From IMG/VR virus record IMGVR_UViG_3300045988_149043, positions 1 through 14,295 of that record: a stretch of 14,295 bases of DNA; one strand, given 5' to 3'. Source of the DNA: a virus. The notes beneath the pieces are model-generated. The model saw nothing but the letters and a program-made list of their open reading frames with translations, was not told where the DNA came from and searched no databases. This document shows positions 13,841-14,295 of the stretch, piece after piece. Numbering within the stretch: position 1 is the stretch's first letter; every line of letters starts with the position of its first letter. The translations under genes were made by a program, and so were the position numbers.

Positions 13841-14002
13841 TCAAATCTCCCGCACAAACTCGCGCTCGCACATGGTGCCAATGGCACTTGCAGGGATACG
13901 CTCAATAATAAGACTATGCCCTGTGTCGGTAAGATAATAACGATAGTTGCGGGTATCCACGATACGATTACAAATCAACTTTGCCATAAACTCTTTAGTC
14001 AT
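13841..14002 (-). CDS. Small right-arm early protein (53 aa), unknown function
   Basis: The A of ATG (14002-14000) is the innermost ITR-R base. The ITR-encoded SD GGGAGA lies 7 nt upstream. The track's longer ORF to 14062 starts inside the ITR with no RBS. Confidence 0.55.
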   Translation of the reverse strand: MTKEFMAKLICNRIVDTRNYRYYLTDTGHSLIIERIPASAIGTMCEREFVREI

Positions 14003-14295
14003 TTCAAATTCTCCCTTTCTGTGTCGGTGTGATGTATAGCGATATGTACCCTTATGGTACAATTATAGTATAGCACAAAGCACCTTGCAGGTACATGGAC
14101 TATATGACCATACTATGCACATTTGTATCATTCTTATAACTAGCAATTGTTACTATGTACACCGGCACACACTCCCCTGCCATGCTTGCAGGTGTGCGCG
14201 CACCATGGACATATGTTCGCAGGACATGTACAAGCAACTGTACAGAAATCTGTAACGGTGGGAACCGGAATATTACAGAATTCTGTCTACTACGC
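14002..14295. repeat. Right inverted terminal repeat (ITR-R), 294 bp
   Basis: Perfect reverse complement of 1-294. The inner boundary abuts the ATG (14002-14000, - strand) of the first right-arm ORF. Confidence 0.95.

Noticed and set aside
1-14295. Tectivirus-like (PRD1/Bam35) interpretation, suggested by the ~14-15 kb size, the ITRs and the protein-primed PolB
   Set aside because: The genome has a gp10-like portal, a gp8-like capsid protein, a gp9-like knob and a 354-aa gp16-like ATPase. It lacks a double-jelly-roll capsid protein, a small P9-type ATPase and a membrane protein set. It is a tailed phi29-type virus.
1-14295. Scanned for tRNA genes, an integrase or repressor (lysogeny) module, and toxin or defence cassettes
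   Set aside because: I saw no cloverleaf-like sequence and no recombinase or HTH-repressor-sized ORF with recognisable motifs. The remaining unassigned ORFs are 47-82 aa and cannot be classified by eye.

Overview
The window looks like a complete linear genome of a small phi29-like podovirus that replicates by protein priming. Bases 1-294 are the exact reverse complement of 14002-14295, giving perfect 294-bp inverted terminal repeats (ITRs).

The left arm (+ strand) carries a small early ORF, a putative terminal protein, a protein-primed family-B DNA polymerase, a phi29 p5-like SSB, and, behind a strong terminator, a phi29 gp16-like packaging ATPase.

The right arm (- strand) begins with three small early ORFs driven from the right ITR. 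A near-consensus promoter and a structured leader follow. After these comes a tightly packed late operon:
- YvrJ-like membrane peptide
- 69-aa ORF
- Ala-Pro-repeat scaffold candidate
- gp8-like capsid protein
- gp9-like tail knob
- M23 peptidase
- gp10-like portal
- lower-collar candidate
- two fibre-like proteins
- beta-helix tailspike

The two arms converge on a bidirectional terminator at about 4800. I found no tRNA, integrase, CRISPR array or lysogeny genes.

All homology calls rest on recognising motifs by eye and on remembered phi29 protein sequences; no searches were run.

Main leads:
- a promoter-proximal, terminator-bounded RNA of about 80 nt with a three-way junction and complementary loops, which could be a packaging RNA or a late-operon attenuator
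- ITRs that each carry a promoter, leader and RBS
- the ATPase moved onto the replication arm behind a terminator
- several core genes with non-ATG starts
- no recognisable canonical endolysin
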